Assembly: GCA_951406725.2 (NCBI GenBank)
Contig: OX597815.1
Span: 128,278,001 to 128,342,000, forward strand
Length of the DNA: 64,000 bases
Direction: 5' to 3'
Source: Octopus vulgaris
Lineage: Eukaryota
Part shown: positions 51,130 to 63,519 of the stretch, piece by piece
Layout: every line of letters begins with the position of its first letter
Numbering within the stretch: position 1 is the stretch's first letter
Made by a program: the position numbers and the translations under genes
The notes under the pieces: model-generated
Database searches by the model: none
Told to the model about the DNA's origin: nothing
What the model saw: the letters and a program-made list of their open reading frames with translations, nothing else

Positions 51130-51227
<98 letters not shown>

Positions 51228-51798
51228 TAGGAGTGGCCATGTGGTAAGAAGCTTGCTTCCCAAACATATGGTTCCAGGTTCAGTCTCACTGTGTGACACC
51301 TTGGGAAAGTGTCTTCTACTACAGCTTTGGGCTGACCAAAGCCTTATGAGTGGATTTGGTAGATGGAAACTGAAAGAAGCCTGTCATCATCATCATTGTT
51401 TAATATCTGCCTTCCATGCTGTCAAGGGTAGTATGGTTTGATAAGAGCTGGCCAAACTTCTGTAACTGTTTTAGCAAGATTTTTACAGCAGGGTGCCCTT
51501 CCTATCACCAACCATTCCGCAGAGTGATATACATGTCTGTATTTGTGTATCTGTGTTTGGCTCCCCATCATTGCTTGACAACCAATGTTGGTGTGTTTAT
51601 GTCCCCATAACTTAATGGTTCAGCAAAGAGACCGATAGAATAAGTACTAGGCTGACACAGAATAAGTCCTAGGGTCAATTTGTTCAACTAAAGGTGGTGC
51701 TGTAGTATGGCCACAGTCAAATGACTGAAACAAGTAAAAGAAATAAAACAAAAATATATATATGCAAAAAATAAAAGAATAAAAGGAAAAAGAATATA

Positions 51799-52628
51799 CA
51801 GGGTGCGATGGGTAAATTGTTGCCATTTTATATTTTTAATTTCATGCATGTGCATCGTTTGTTTTTGATTTTGTGGATTACACAGTATGGTAGGGTCAGT
51901 TGGGCCCCATCTGTGAGAAAAACAGCATTATGATGTAATTCACTTTGCCAGAAATTTGGAAATGACATGCTGTACTGCTTGGCATTTGCACCAGAATCTC
52001 CAATACAAGAGTGATGAAAATCAAATATCCAATCCACATAATGGCGTTTGGAGTGATCACTAGTGATGGCGACATTATGCATCCATTCATTCTCCCACAT
52101 GGCCTCAGACTCAACATGGAAGCCTACATCAAGTGCCTGGATGAAGATGTGCTGCTCTGGATCAAGAAGGTAGCTACCGGAAGATCCTATGTCTGGCAAC
52201 AAGACTCTGCACCATGCTATACAAGCAGGAGAACTTAGTCATGGTTGTCAGACAATTTTTGCGACCACATCACTCCTAACATCTCGGTACCTAACTCCCC
52301 AGGCTGCAACCCCCTTGATTATTATGTGTGGGATACAGTTGAGCGAGAGACCAACAAAACTCCTTGTAACACCAAAGATGAACTGAACGCAAGGATTATG
52401 GCAGCATTCACAAACTTAAACAAGGAGACCATCCAGAAGAGCTGCAAGAGATTCCAAAGTCATCTGGAGGCCATGGTTGAAACCAATGGTGATTTTATTG
52501 AATAAATTTACTCTTTAGTATTTCAAAATATTTTAATGCAATTTTGGTAAATAAATCTGTTAAAATGAGATGTCAGTGTTATTTTCATTTTTGTGTAATT
52601 TAGACGACAGTTTATTCACCACACCTTG
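51799..52628 (+). mobile_element. maT (DD37D) Tc1/mariner element, internally deleted with in-frame stop
   Basis: TA-flanked TIRs cagggtgcgatgggtaaatt / ttattcaccacaccttg. WQQDSAPC...NSPGCNPLDYYVW has 37 residues between the second and third D (counted by hand). Confidence 0.9.
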
Positions 52629-52813
52629 TATTTATACATGTCTATATATATAAACACACATACATACATACATACATACGTACATACATGCACACATACA
52701 AACAAACAAACAAAAATCACCTGTTGTTGATGCTGAAATTTCAATGCAAGAGCCTTGGATCTAGGTCAGAAACTGAACTAGACACATATATATATGCACA
52801 CATACATACATAT

Positions 52814-52894
<81 letters not shown>

Positions 52895-53338
52895 ACATAT
52901 GTAGGAAGAGCATACAGCTATAGAAACCAAGCCAAAACAGACAGGAGCTTGGTGTAGCTCTCCAGCTTACTAGTTCCAATGAAACCATCTAACCCATGCC
53001 AGCACGGAAAACAAATGCTAAATGATGATAAATAGGATGAAGATAATGATGATGATGATATATTTAAGTATAAGGTAAAATAAAAGGAGAAAACATACTC
53101 TATACATGTGATAGATTTTTTTTATTTATATGTTTGTCTGAAGTTAGTTATAATTTGATTTCAATTTCAATTTTGATGTCACTTACCTCAACAGGTCTTT
53201 GCAAGCAGAGTTTAGTGTCCAACGAAGGAAAGGTATGCATAAATGGGCTCTTTACACCCCTGGCATATATATACAAACTATATATATAATGTCTGTTTTT
53301 CATGTTATAATAAAAACAATTTTACATTAAACCAAAAG

Positions 53339-53415
<77 letters not shown>

Positions 53416-54479
53416 CTGGCTTCTTTCAGTTTCCATCTACCAAATCCACTCACAAGACTTTTGTTGGCCTGGGACCATAGGAGAAAACATTTGTCCAAAT
53501 TGTTACACGATGAGACTCAACCCAAAACCTTGAGGTTGGAAAGCAAACTTCTTAATCACACAGTCACGCCTGTATTTATAAAGTCACATTTAAGTTAAAT
53601 TTGGTTAGCCAAGAGGTTACAGTTGGTTGAATGAATTACTTGCATATCGGTCAGTATTAGTTGAAATACAAAGTAAAACCAGCAAAATTGAAGGGGGAGA
53701 AGAGAGTAATGCAACCGACATAGTCCTCTATTACTTTAACTTCTCTCATCTTACACTTTTTCTTCTTGTGTTTTGTTTTCCTTTTCTTTTTTTCATTTTT
53801 TTTAGTGGGTAGGATCGAAAATAGTGATGCCAATGTTTTTTTCCAAGCCCAAAGGGGATGTTATTATTTTATGAAATTCAAATATTAGTAATAGAGCAAC
53901 GTTATAGAGAAATGTGTAATAATAATGATGATGATGATGATAATTGTTGGACTGAAATTTGCGGTGTAGGTGTGGCCGATTATATCAATCCAGTACTTCA
54001 ATGATACTTCATTTTATCAACCCCGAAAGAACAAAATGTAATGTTCACCTCAGCGGGATTTGAACTCAGTATGTAGAGAGTCGAAAGAAATACTCCAAAA
54101 CATTTTGTCAGACTATATAACGACTCTAATCCTAAAAAAATTGTCCAATTTAAAAGTGGGGGACCAGTCAATGCCATCGGCTCCAGTATTTGACTGATAC
54201 TTTATTTTATTGACCTGGAAAGAATAAAAGGTAAAGTTAAACCCGGCGGAATTTGAACCCGGACCGTAAAGAGCCGAAAGAAATGCCGCAAAGCAATTTT
54301 TACCCTTATATTTGCTACAAAGATGGACAACGAATGAAGCATAACAACAAAGAAATTTCTGAAAAAAGGAAGTAAAAAAAAAATCCTTCACCCTAAAATA
54401 TTAATTTATTGCAGAATTTTCCGCCGACAAACACGAAATATCCATATGGAATTTATTTCTTATGTCGACACGACGATTC

Positions 54480-54575
54480 TGACGTAGAAACAGAACAAAC
54501 CAATTACAATTCAACACGCCATTGGCTGTCCTATTAAATCACGTGTGTTCAGGCCACCACTCCTTAGTGCCACGT
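54480..54575 (+). promoter_or_regulatory. PDI promoter with ERSE-like element, CCAAT boxes, ACGT cores and TATA-like box
   Basis: CCAAT-N9-ACACG 54500-54518 (ERSE consensus CCAAT-N9-CCACG), TGACGTAG 54480, ATTGG 54521, TATTAAA 54532, CACGTG 54540 and GCCACGT 54569. Confidence 0.65.
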
Positions 54576-54653
54576 TGAATGTTATTGCAGACATACATTC
54601 AAGTCTTCTCATTTTATACCCCTTCGTATTTACTAACGGCATCCGGAGGAGTC

Positions 54654-54801
54654 ATGAAGTCGTCTCTGATAGTTTTCGTCGCCTTGTTTTGTTTTTCTCA
54701 GGCCCTTGAAGGTGTTAAAGAAGAAGAAGGGGTCCTAGTATTAACGAAAGATAACTTTGAACAACTAACCCAAAAAATTAAGTATTTGATGGTCGAATTT
54801 T
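54654..54801 (+). CDS. P4HB: Protein disulfide-isomerase (P4HB/PDIA1-like), coding exon 1 with signal peptide
   Basis: MKSSLIVFVALFCFSQA-LEGVKEEEGVLVLTKDNF...LMVEF; donor T|GTAAGT at 54802, phase 1. Confidence 0.92.
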
Positions 54802-55945
54802 GTAAGTACTTCCCTGCTTTTGTTCTGTTGGGGTTTTTTCTTCATCTCTGCGTTTACTTTTTTTTCTTTTTGCTACCTTCTTGGAATGGTTGATTGTTGG
54901 ATCCTACGTTTTGTCTATCTTTCACCTTTTGATTGCCAAGCCATGCATGCATATATATACGCACACACGCCGATGTAGCATTATGAAATGCTATAGTATA
55001 TCTCCACATTTAATCTTCACTTTCTGAATGGTTGATTATCAGATGTGTATGTCATACACAATTGTACACACCCACACGTACTTATATATGTATATGTTCT
55101 AAATAAAAGAAAACCATCAACAAAAATCTAGTTACCTGTTTCAATTATATGGTTCAAATCATCGGCAAATGACTTATAAAAGAAAGAAAAAAAATGAATT
55201 GAAATGAAATAGTCTCGAAATTAATAGACACCCGATTGATATTTTATGCCTTAGTCACTTGCTTCTAGCAACTTAATTCAGATGCGTGCACGAAATATTG
55301 CTGACTCCTTAACTTTTATTTATCGAATTATTTGATCGTTTTAAGTAGAAAGAAAAAATACCAATAAGTGTCTTAATGCATCAAATATGATAAAATTGAT
55401 ATTTTTAAACATGCCTTTTCTATTTAAAATATTCCTCTTAACGTAGCAGATGTTTATTAAGTTGGCACTTTGTTTTCTTATTCCCTTCGTTTGACATATC
55501 TGTACACCAAGAAAATGGCTAAGTTGATGGTAAGGTCACTTGAATTGCTAAGTATTGAATCATTTCACTTTAGCTGCTCACCAGTTTCATTTGTACGAAA
55601 GAAAATGGAGCTCTCTCTTCTCTTTGTATAATATAAATGTATATAAACTTAGGAAAGGATTTTCGTTGATGATGAAAAATAAGAAATTAAGCGAGACAGA
55701 TGGAGGGTAAAAGAGGGGAAGGAAATAATTTCGATAAATGACTATTCCGAACAATCAAATCATTAAACTGAAATTTTGGTTTTATTCCTTAATCTATCCT
55801 GATAATTGAAAGTGTTTAAAGAAAATATTGAAATCAAGACAGCCATCACCTCGACATATTGATGCCTTTCGTTTAAGGCATGTTGGTTTAATCTGCAACC
55901 GATGTTATTACACTCTATAAATAATTTATATTCAATAGTTCGTTC

Positions 55946-55956
55946 CCACGTCATCA
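55946..55956 (-). promoter_or_regulatory. UPRE / XBP1-type site (TGACGTGG) in PDI intron 1
   Basis: Plus strand CCACGTCATCA is an exact UPRE consensus match in a CpG-retaining region. Confidence 0.45.
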
Positions 55957-57004
55957 GATATATTTTATGAAATGAAACAACTGCTGGATGTTTTCATTTC
56001 TATATTATAAAGCAATTTAACTTGTGCTGCCGGGTGTACGTTTATCTTGTCACTTCCGGTTGTCGATCATGCTTTAATTTTTGGGAAACCCTCCCCCTCC
56101 CCCAGTTCTCAGCTCCTGCAAAAGACCCTTCTCAAGTTACCAAATTGTATTTAGAAGATATTCTTTCCTTTTTACATTTGAATTCCGCTGTTTTTATTAT
56201 TGTAGAAGAAAATGGCAGGAGAATTAAATATAGCATTTTAGTTGTTCATTGTAGTTATATATGGACAGTGCGCTAAGGTGTCTCACTCTTTCTCTATATA
56301 TATATGCATATGTATGCACATAGAGGTATGGTAATGCAAACAGAAAAAATAAAACTCGAAATATGAGGTTTAGAGACTTTCGTGCGTTGGCATTTATCAA
56401 ACGTGCCAACGCACGAAACTCTCGGCCCTTGAGTCACTGTTCTGCTAAATATTGATATATAATGATTTACATAGGACATGTCATAAACTATATAACGATA
56501 AAAATAGTCGTTATATATAGTAGAACGGGTTCAAATTTTATCTTTTATTTTGGAATAGGCCTTTCGAAAGTTGATTATCAATATGTTAAATATGTATTCT
56601 TTGTAATATAAACTTGAGTCGTCTGCTCGAAATGCTTTGCAATAAGAACAGTTTTGATGTCAATTATATACACAGTAAATGACAATGGGCAGTGTTACTA
56701 TATATATATATATATACATACGAATGTTTGTGTGTGTGTATCCCTCCTTCCCACCCCCTGATTTCAGGCCACGTTGTCAGCTATCGCGTTTGTGGGAGTT
56801 ACAGCATCTGTTGAGTGGGGGTGCTTGATGTCGTGGCATTTGAATTCGATTTCACTCCCACTTATATATGTGACAGTAATTTTCACTTCTCGTTAATTAA
56901 TTTCAAATCGTATTTATTTTTGTGCATGTACGTTTCATTAGGTATGAATGTCACACGATTGCTTGACAGCCGTTGACTGAAACAATATATATATTTATCT
57001 ACCT

Positions 57005-57117
57005 GTGTATGTATGTGTGTGTGTGTGTGTGTATGTATATATATATGTGTGTGTATGTATATATATATGTGTGTGTATGTATATATATGTGTGTGTATGT
57101 ATATATATATGTGTGTG

Positions 57118-57168
<51 letters not shown>

Positions 57169-57172
57169 ATAT
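57005..57172. repeat. (TG)/(TA) compound microsatellite with a ~20-bp higher-order period
   Basis: Seen directly in the sequence. Confidence 0.9.
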
Positions 57173-58499
57173 AAATAAATGTAATTTTTTTTTCTTATTC
57201 TATATACAATCCAGTTGGAAAGCATTTAGTAATACTTTCGCGATTGTCTGGTTAGTCATCACGAACTCGTACGGAAATCCCTAGTGCAGTTTTAGGTACC
57301 ATTAGAAACGTTAACTTCTTCCGGCCTGTGTATATAAACCATATAAATTGTCTTGATATCTTTTAGATAGCCTACTTTATGCACTGCACCCAGTTCAGAA
57401 GTGTAGTCCCTCTGTTTTTGTTTTTTTTTACAAGGGTAAATGAAAGGAAAAAAAGATTAGTTTTTCTCAGCAAGCCCGTTCCCACCTTTGCTCTTTGTTC
57501 CATACCGACAGCGATAAGTTAACATGAATATATTTGTCGCCAATAGATCTATGTAGTAGAACAAGAAAGGCTGGGAAAACTTTAAAACAAAAACTCAAAT
57601 TTTAACCAGTAAGGCCAGTCCAGTAACAAATAGTTAGCAACATATGCTGTAAAAACTAGTGTTATCAGTGATTTTGAATACATTCGGAAGATTTATGTGT
57701 AGTAGTAGTGATTTTGAAAACAAAGTTGTATGATCAAAGGTCGAGTTCAGCAATTTAGAATATTGATGGGCGTGTAAACACAATGCTGCCCACTCGTGTT
57801 GAAAAGCAGCGCTTGTAAACATTACATTGTCATGTTTAAGGCTCACAAATATGAGAAAAAAGTGGATGCACAAAGATAATAATAGGGTTTCTCTAATTTT
57901 CTGCATACCACTTGAAGTATAGAATTCATTTACTAAAACTGAAAGTAGTTACACAGTGGTCAGCATTGCATACGTGTAAAAATATCAATTTTCGGTTTAC
58001 AACGTCAATATACACAAGGTTTGGATAAACGTTTTATGAAGAAAGAAAAAATGTATTCATGTTCATATACATATAAACCTGATCATCATCATCATTTAAC
58101 GCCCATTGTTCATGCTGGCATGGATTTGACGGTTTGACCAGGGCTGGTGAACTGGAAGGCTGCACTAGATTAGTCTGATTTGGCATAGTTCCTAACGTCA
58201 ACTACTCTGAGAATGTAATGGGTACTTTTACGTGTCACCAGCATAGCTGCCATTTGTGTAATACCTGTATCTGTCGCAGCTGCGATTTTGCTTGGCTTGA
58301 TGGGTCTTAAGCATGACAATGCCAAAGGTCTCGGTCATTTCCTCTCTGAGGTGCACACACACACACACACATACACACATTTATCTCTTGAATTGAAGTT
58401 CCTTTAGAGTATCTATCGCAGATGAGAGTGGATATTTTTACTGAAGTAAACCAAAAATAGCATATAAAGTACAGGACTAGCTGAAAGTGAGATACAGTG

Positions 58500-61250
58500 A
58501 ATTAATTTCTAGTTCAGCTTAAACAGGTTTTCAGCTGAAATGAGTTTTATATGGAGATTCTGTTGGTTCCTGCAGTGCTGACCTCTCAAAGAAAACAGGG
58601 TGGTGCAACTTGAGTTCTATGTGTATAGCCTTAGTGGGTGAGATAATTTAGGTTCCTGATTGGTTCAGAAAATCTGAAGGCAAACAATGAATGATTAAAT
58701 GTATGAAGGTTGTTTCATTAGCTCTTTCTTGATTGATGAGAAGCAGTGGTTAATTAGCATAATAAACAATAGGTAATGAAAACTAATAATACAAAAATCT
58801 GAGGAAATATGGCCAATAGCCAGCCCTTCACAAATTGACTTTTCATTGGGTGTGTTGTCTTTTTCTGGTCACTGAGAGAAAGAAGAACTGGCCTATTGGT
58901 AGTATATTGCGATACTAGCACATCGGTGGTTGCTGGAAGAATCAGAATAGTAGTCTTTAGTTGAGGTACTGTTGACATATTGTTCTCCAAATATTCTGTG
59001 AAGTTCTTCTCAACACCCTTGAACAATCATATCTTGTATGCTTTCTTGACAGTATTGCTGTGAACAAAAACATGCAGACATTTGGAGAAGTAGGTCTTGT
59101 ACTGTTGTCTACTATTGTCAAGTACTAATTACTAACACACTGCTCAGGTGTTCATAGTCTATAAACTTAGTTTGATGTGTCTGTTTTTGGCAGTAGATCT
59201 ATTAAGTGCAGTCCTAGTAATTTGATGATGTTACCATAGAGAAATTTGGCTGGGGTATATCTAATCTTTCATTCTGGAGTGTATACAAAGGAATACAAAA
59301 AGAAGATACTTATACCACTAAAGCAGTCTGCTTAAGCCTTTATTGTCAACTTGAGTTGATGAAGGAAATGCTCCACCACTGATAGCTACTGTATAAGTGG
59401 TGGCATAAGTTCACTTGCAGCCCAACAATTGTCAATTCTTTTAAGAAGTTAGACTTGAATGGTGTGCTGTAGCTGGAAATCTTGTTCTCTTTCAAGGCTT
59501 TAGTAACCATTTTGGCTGTAATGTCAACTAATGGGATCACCTCAGACTCTCTGGTGTACCTGTTAAAAACAAGTGGACATTAAGTATGTTATATGAAAGA
59601 GGAAGTATTCACAAGAGATGGATGTCTGTGTGTTCAAACCTCATGAGATGAAACAAAAGTGCCAAGTGATGCAGTTTCTGGCTTAGTCTTGAGAGTTTTT
59701 GTTCATTTTGCTTCAGATGAATTATGTTAATATCGACTTCTGTATGAAGTTGGTGCCTGGGTGTGACAAACAAAGGAGCATAGTAAAAACTTCACAATAG
59801 CACACTGTCCCAAAATATACTTGATTGATGGAGACATCATGCCAAATCCATCTAGCTGGAGAAGGATGCAGCACCTGCTAAAATGTCAGTAGTGACAAAT
59901 TCCATACATGACCAGCTGCTGTCTGATCAAAATCAATGTTAGTATTTACAGGATTGCAAAAGAATTCATGATGTTACTACTTTGCTAATCCCTCTTGGCT
60001 TATCTGCTGTCAGTTGTATACTGAGAAACATAGTTGAAGTGATGAATCTCTCTCTTACTGAATGGTAATCAAATCTGGATTTCTGGACATACTTTGTCAA
60101 CATGTCTATAGATAAAAAAAAAATGACCCTCCAACTTGTAATGAAATTATTCCCTACTAAGATAGGTAGCTAGCTATTCTCTTTCAAAAGTGTTGTCTCT
60201 GTTTTTGCTGAATGTGAACATTTGGAGAAAAAGACTGGCTGCTAGATGTCATACACCACCCATTCCAGTATCCTTAAAATTGCTTTGGAACTACCAAGAG
60301 TTTTTAGATGGGTATTCATGGTTATAGAGTTCCTTACCCCACAGAAATGGAGCCAATTTCCTTTGTCACTTTGATGTGTTAGTGGTTAAGAAGCATCAGC
60401 TTAATGACTATGAGTAGCATTACTGTACAAGGTACCACAAATACAGCCCTTACCCAACAGTGTTAATGGGGACAATTTCAGCAGATATGATGCCTTTCCT
60501 TGTCTATAGCCAGATATCACATGTTCAATCTATAACAGTGGAATAGCAAATGCAGCTACCATATGCAGACATGAAGACCACAAATATCAAATCCTAATGC
60601 CTCACTCCAGACCGGTTGAACATTGCAGAGTCCAAGTTTTAATCATATCATTGAAGCTACATGTGGTCTTCATGTCTGCATATGGTAGCTGCATCTGCTA
60701 TTTCACTGTTATAGGTTGAACATGTGATGTCCGGCTATAGACAAGGAAAGGCATCATATCTTGTTGAAATTGTCCCCATTAACACTGTTGGGTAAGGGCT
60801 GTATTTGTGGTACCTTGTACAGTAATGCTACTCATAGTCATTAAGATGATGCTACTTAACCACTAACACATCAAAGTGACAAAGGAAATTGGCTCCATTT
60901 CTGTGGAGTAAGGAACTCTATGACCATGAATACCCATCTAAAAACTCTTGGTAGTTCCAAAGTAATTTTAAGGATATCTTGCTAAGTGTGGTAATGGAAA
61001 AGTGGTTAACAGCCTGAAGTAACTTAGAAATGGGTTGGTTCTTACCATATAGCTGAACAGACAGTAGGATGGTCACTTCTACTCCATTGTTTGCTGTATA
61101 TATTGCTCTTCCTCTTGGTCACATAAAATGGGCAACTAGTTGAATAGATACCTTTATATGAACAGGAGTTGATGCAATTTCAAGCAGAGCTAGTATACTT
61201 AATTGGTATGGAATTATTGGATTTATGGATTTATGTTAACATGCCAGTAT
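58500..61250 (-). mobile_element. Heavily decayed Ty3/Gypsy internal region (protease, RNase H, integrase) in PDI intron 1
   Basis: Minus-strand remnants: RWVFMVIEFLTP..GANFLCHFDVLV (protease), QPVFFSK..KRE.LATYL..FHYKLEG and HFNYVSQYTTD (RNase H), RYTRESEVIPLVDITAKMVTKAL..ISSYSTP (integrase). Boundaries are approximate and no LTRs were recognised. Confidence 0.72.
60269..60976. repeat. Long inverted repeat with ~314-bp arms (60269-60582 / 60662-60976) and a 79-nt loop
   Basis: Direct complementarity with roughly a dozen differences counted by eye. Confidence 0.95.
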
Positions 61251-61589
61251 TGGAGATAAAATGGACTTTTTGACAGTTTTTAATCCCATAAATAAATAAT
61301 TTACCAGTTCTTGAGATATCTAAAGCCATTTGACATAATAGTTTTAAATTTTGGTAAAAGACTAGCAATTTCGGGGCATGGAGTAAGTTAATTACATCCA
61401 CCCCAGTGCTTAATTATTACTTATTTTGACTCTTAAAGGCAAAGTCAACCCCAGCAGTATTTGATCTCAGAACATAAAAGTGGAAGAAATGCTGCTAAGC
61501 ATTGTTGTCTGGCACAGCAACAACTCTGCCAGCTCGTTGCCATAAAAAGCTATTTTACATGATGTGCAGTCAGAAGCACCAAGAAAAAA

Positions 61590-61945
61590 TTATAATGAGC
61601 ACTCTGAGAGTGTAAACCTCTGCCAAGGCAACACCAACATCCTCTCAATGATTAGCCAGAGATGATTTTTAAAATAAGAATATCTGAAATAAACTTGACT
61701 GCTCTCACAAACGAGAATACTAAAAATGAATCTGATCACTCTCAAAAATTAAGTAAAAAAAACAGGAAAAATAATCCAGAATCTTTGTCTGGTACTGGAT
61801 TCCCAAATCTAATCAGTTTGTGCCAGTCACAAGGCCAAATATACTTGAAAGTTTCATCCAAATCCATCCACCAGTTCTTGAGATATCTTGTCCACAAGCA
61901 AATAAACATGACTGAAAACAATACCTCTGCAATTCTTATTACCTA
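61590..61945 (-). mobile_element. HINE/DINE-1-like element (family of 16465-16830)
   Basis: Reverse-complement homology over about 350 bp. Confidence 0.65.
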
Positions 61946-62154
61946 AAATTTAGCAGAAATTGAATTTAAAAATTGCTTCTTTGTATTTCTTATTTCTTTC
62001 ATTTTCAGTTGTAATGCTTTCACTATTTTCACAAATATGTTAATGTTTTTCTTTGTACTGTGCATATTATTCCCACGATCACGTTTAGATATCAGCATCT
62101 CCAGAATTGAATTGTGTTCACCTATTCATAATATAATAAAAATTTTTCATTTAG

Positions 62155-62349
62155 ATGCTCCATGGTGTGGGCATTGCAAAGCCCTTGCTCCTGAATATGT
62201 AAAGGCAGCTGGAGAGTTTAAAGATGATGAAAACTGTTATTTAGGGAAAGTTGATGCTACCATTGAAGTGGATTTGGCTGAGAAATATGAAGTTCGAGGC
62301 TACCCAACTATCAAATTCTTCAAGGAAGGAAAAATATATGACTATTCCG
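62155..62349 (+). CDS. P4HB: Protein disulfide-isomerase coding exon 2 (thioredoxin a domain); gene continues beyond the window
   Basis: Acceptor ttttcatttag|AT; the spliced T+AT gives Tyr, producing [34 protein letters not shown]. Donor G|GTATTT at 62350. Confidence 0.95.
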
Positions 62350-63069
62350 GTATTTCATTTTTCTAATATTTGGATTTGTGTAGCAACTATTTAACGTACT
62401 TGTGTTAACTTCATATAACTGAACACAAACCTAAGAGTTAGTTAATTCATTTAACTTGACATATTAGCAAAATCAGTATATGATGTATTAGCCATGCTAA
62501 TTATGAATATTTGAAACTAGCTAGGTTGAATTAAATCATCATTTAACATCTGTTTTCCATGCTGACATGGGTTGTACACTTTGACAGGAGCTGGCCAGTG
62601 GAAGAGCTGCTAGGCTTCATGTCTGTTTTGGCATGGTTTCTACAACTGGATGTCCTTCCTAACATCAATCACTTTACAGAGAGCACTGGATGCTTTTACA
62701 CACCACTAGCAGCAGTTCTTTTATATTGCACTGGCATCTACATACCTGCAAGGTTAAGAACCTTTGGCTTAAAAATGATGCAGGGGAGATGACTGTATAC
62801 AAGGACAATCACATATTTACTAAATAAATAATAAATGCGCCCTTTTAAAGCCTAGCCAAGCTCATGGGCCCGGTTTCCCAGTTTCAATGGCGTATGTGTT
62901 CCCCAGTCCATTGCAGCGTTACTCATTTTTGCCAGCTGAGTGGACTGGAGCAATGTGAAATGAAGTGTTTTGCTCAAGAACACAACACGTTGCCCAGTCC
63001 AGGAATTGAAATCACAATCTTACGATCATGATGCTGACACCTTAACCACTAAGCCACATGCCTCCACAT

Positions 63070-63123
<54 letters not shown>

Positions 63124-63519
63124 ATGTTTGTCCCCAACACTACCACTTGACAACTGGTGTTGGTGTGTTTATGTTCCCATAGCTTAGCAGTTCAGCTAAA
63201 GAGACTGATAGAATAGGTACCAGGCTTAAAAAAATTAAAAAGTACTGGAGTTGATTCATTTGATTAAAATCCTTCAAGGTGGTGCCCCAGCATAGCCTCA
63301 GTCTAATGACTGAAACAAGTAAAGGAACCCGCATTGAAATGGAAATAATGAGATGAGTACTACAGCCACTGTCTGACTTAAGTGAATCCTCTTTTTGAAG
63401 GAGAAAAATTAATGAGCACATTTACAGAAGATCATGTTTATTCTCTGTAAGTTAAACATTTAGTCACAGAAATTTCTTCTATCTTCCATCTCACAGAGAT
63501 ATCTTGACAAAGTGTGAAA

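Noticed and set aside
54802-54893. Continuation of the PDI exon 1 ORF (and 62037-62154 before exon 2)
   Set aside because: Intron read-through; canonical GT/AG sites give the conserved VEFYAPWCGHC junction.
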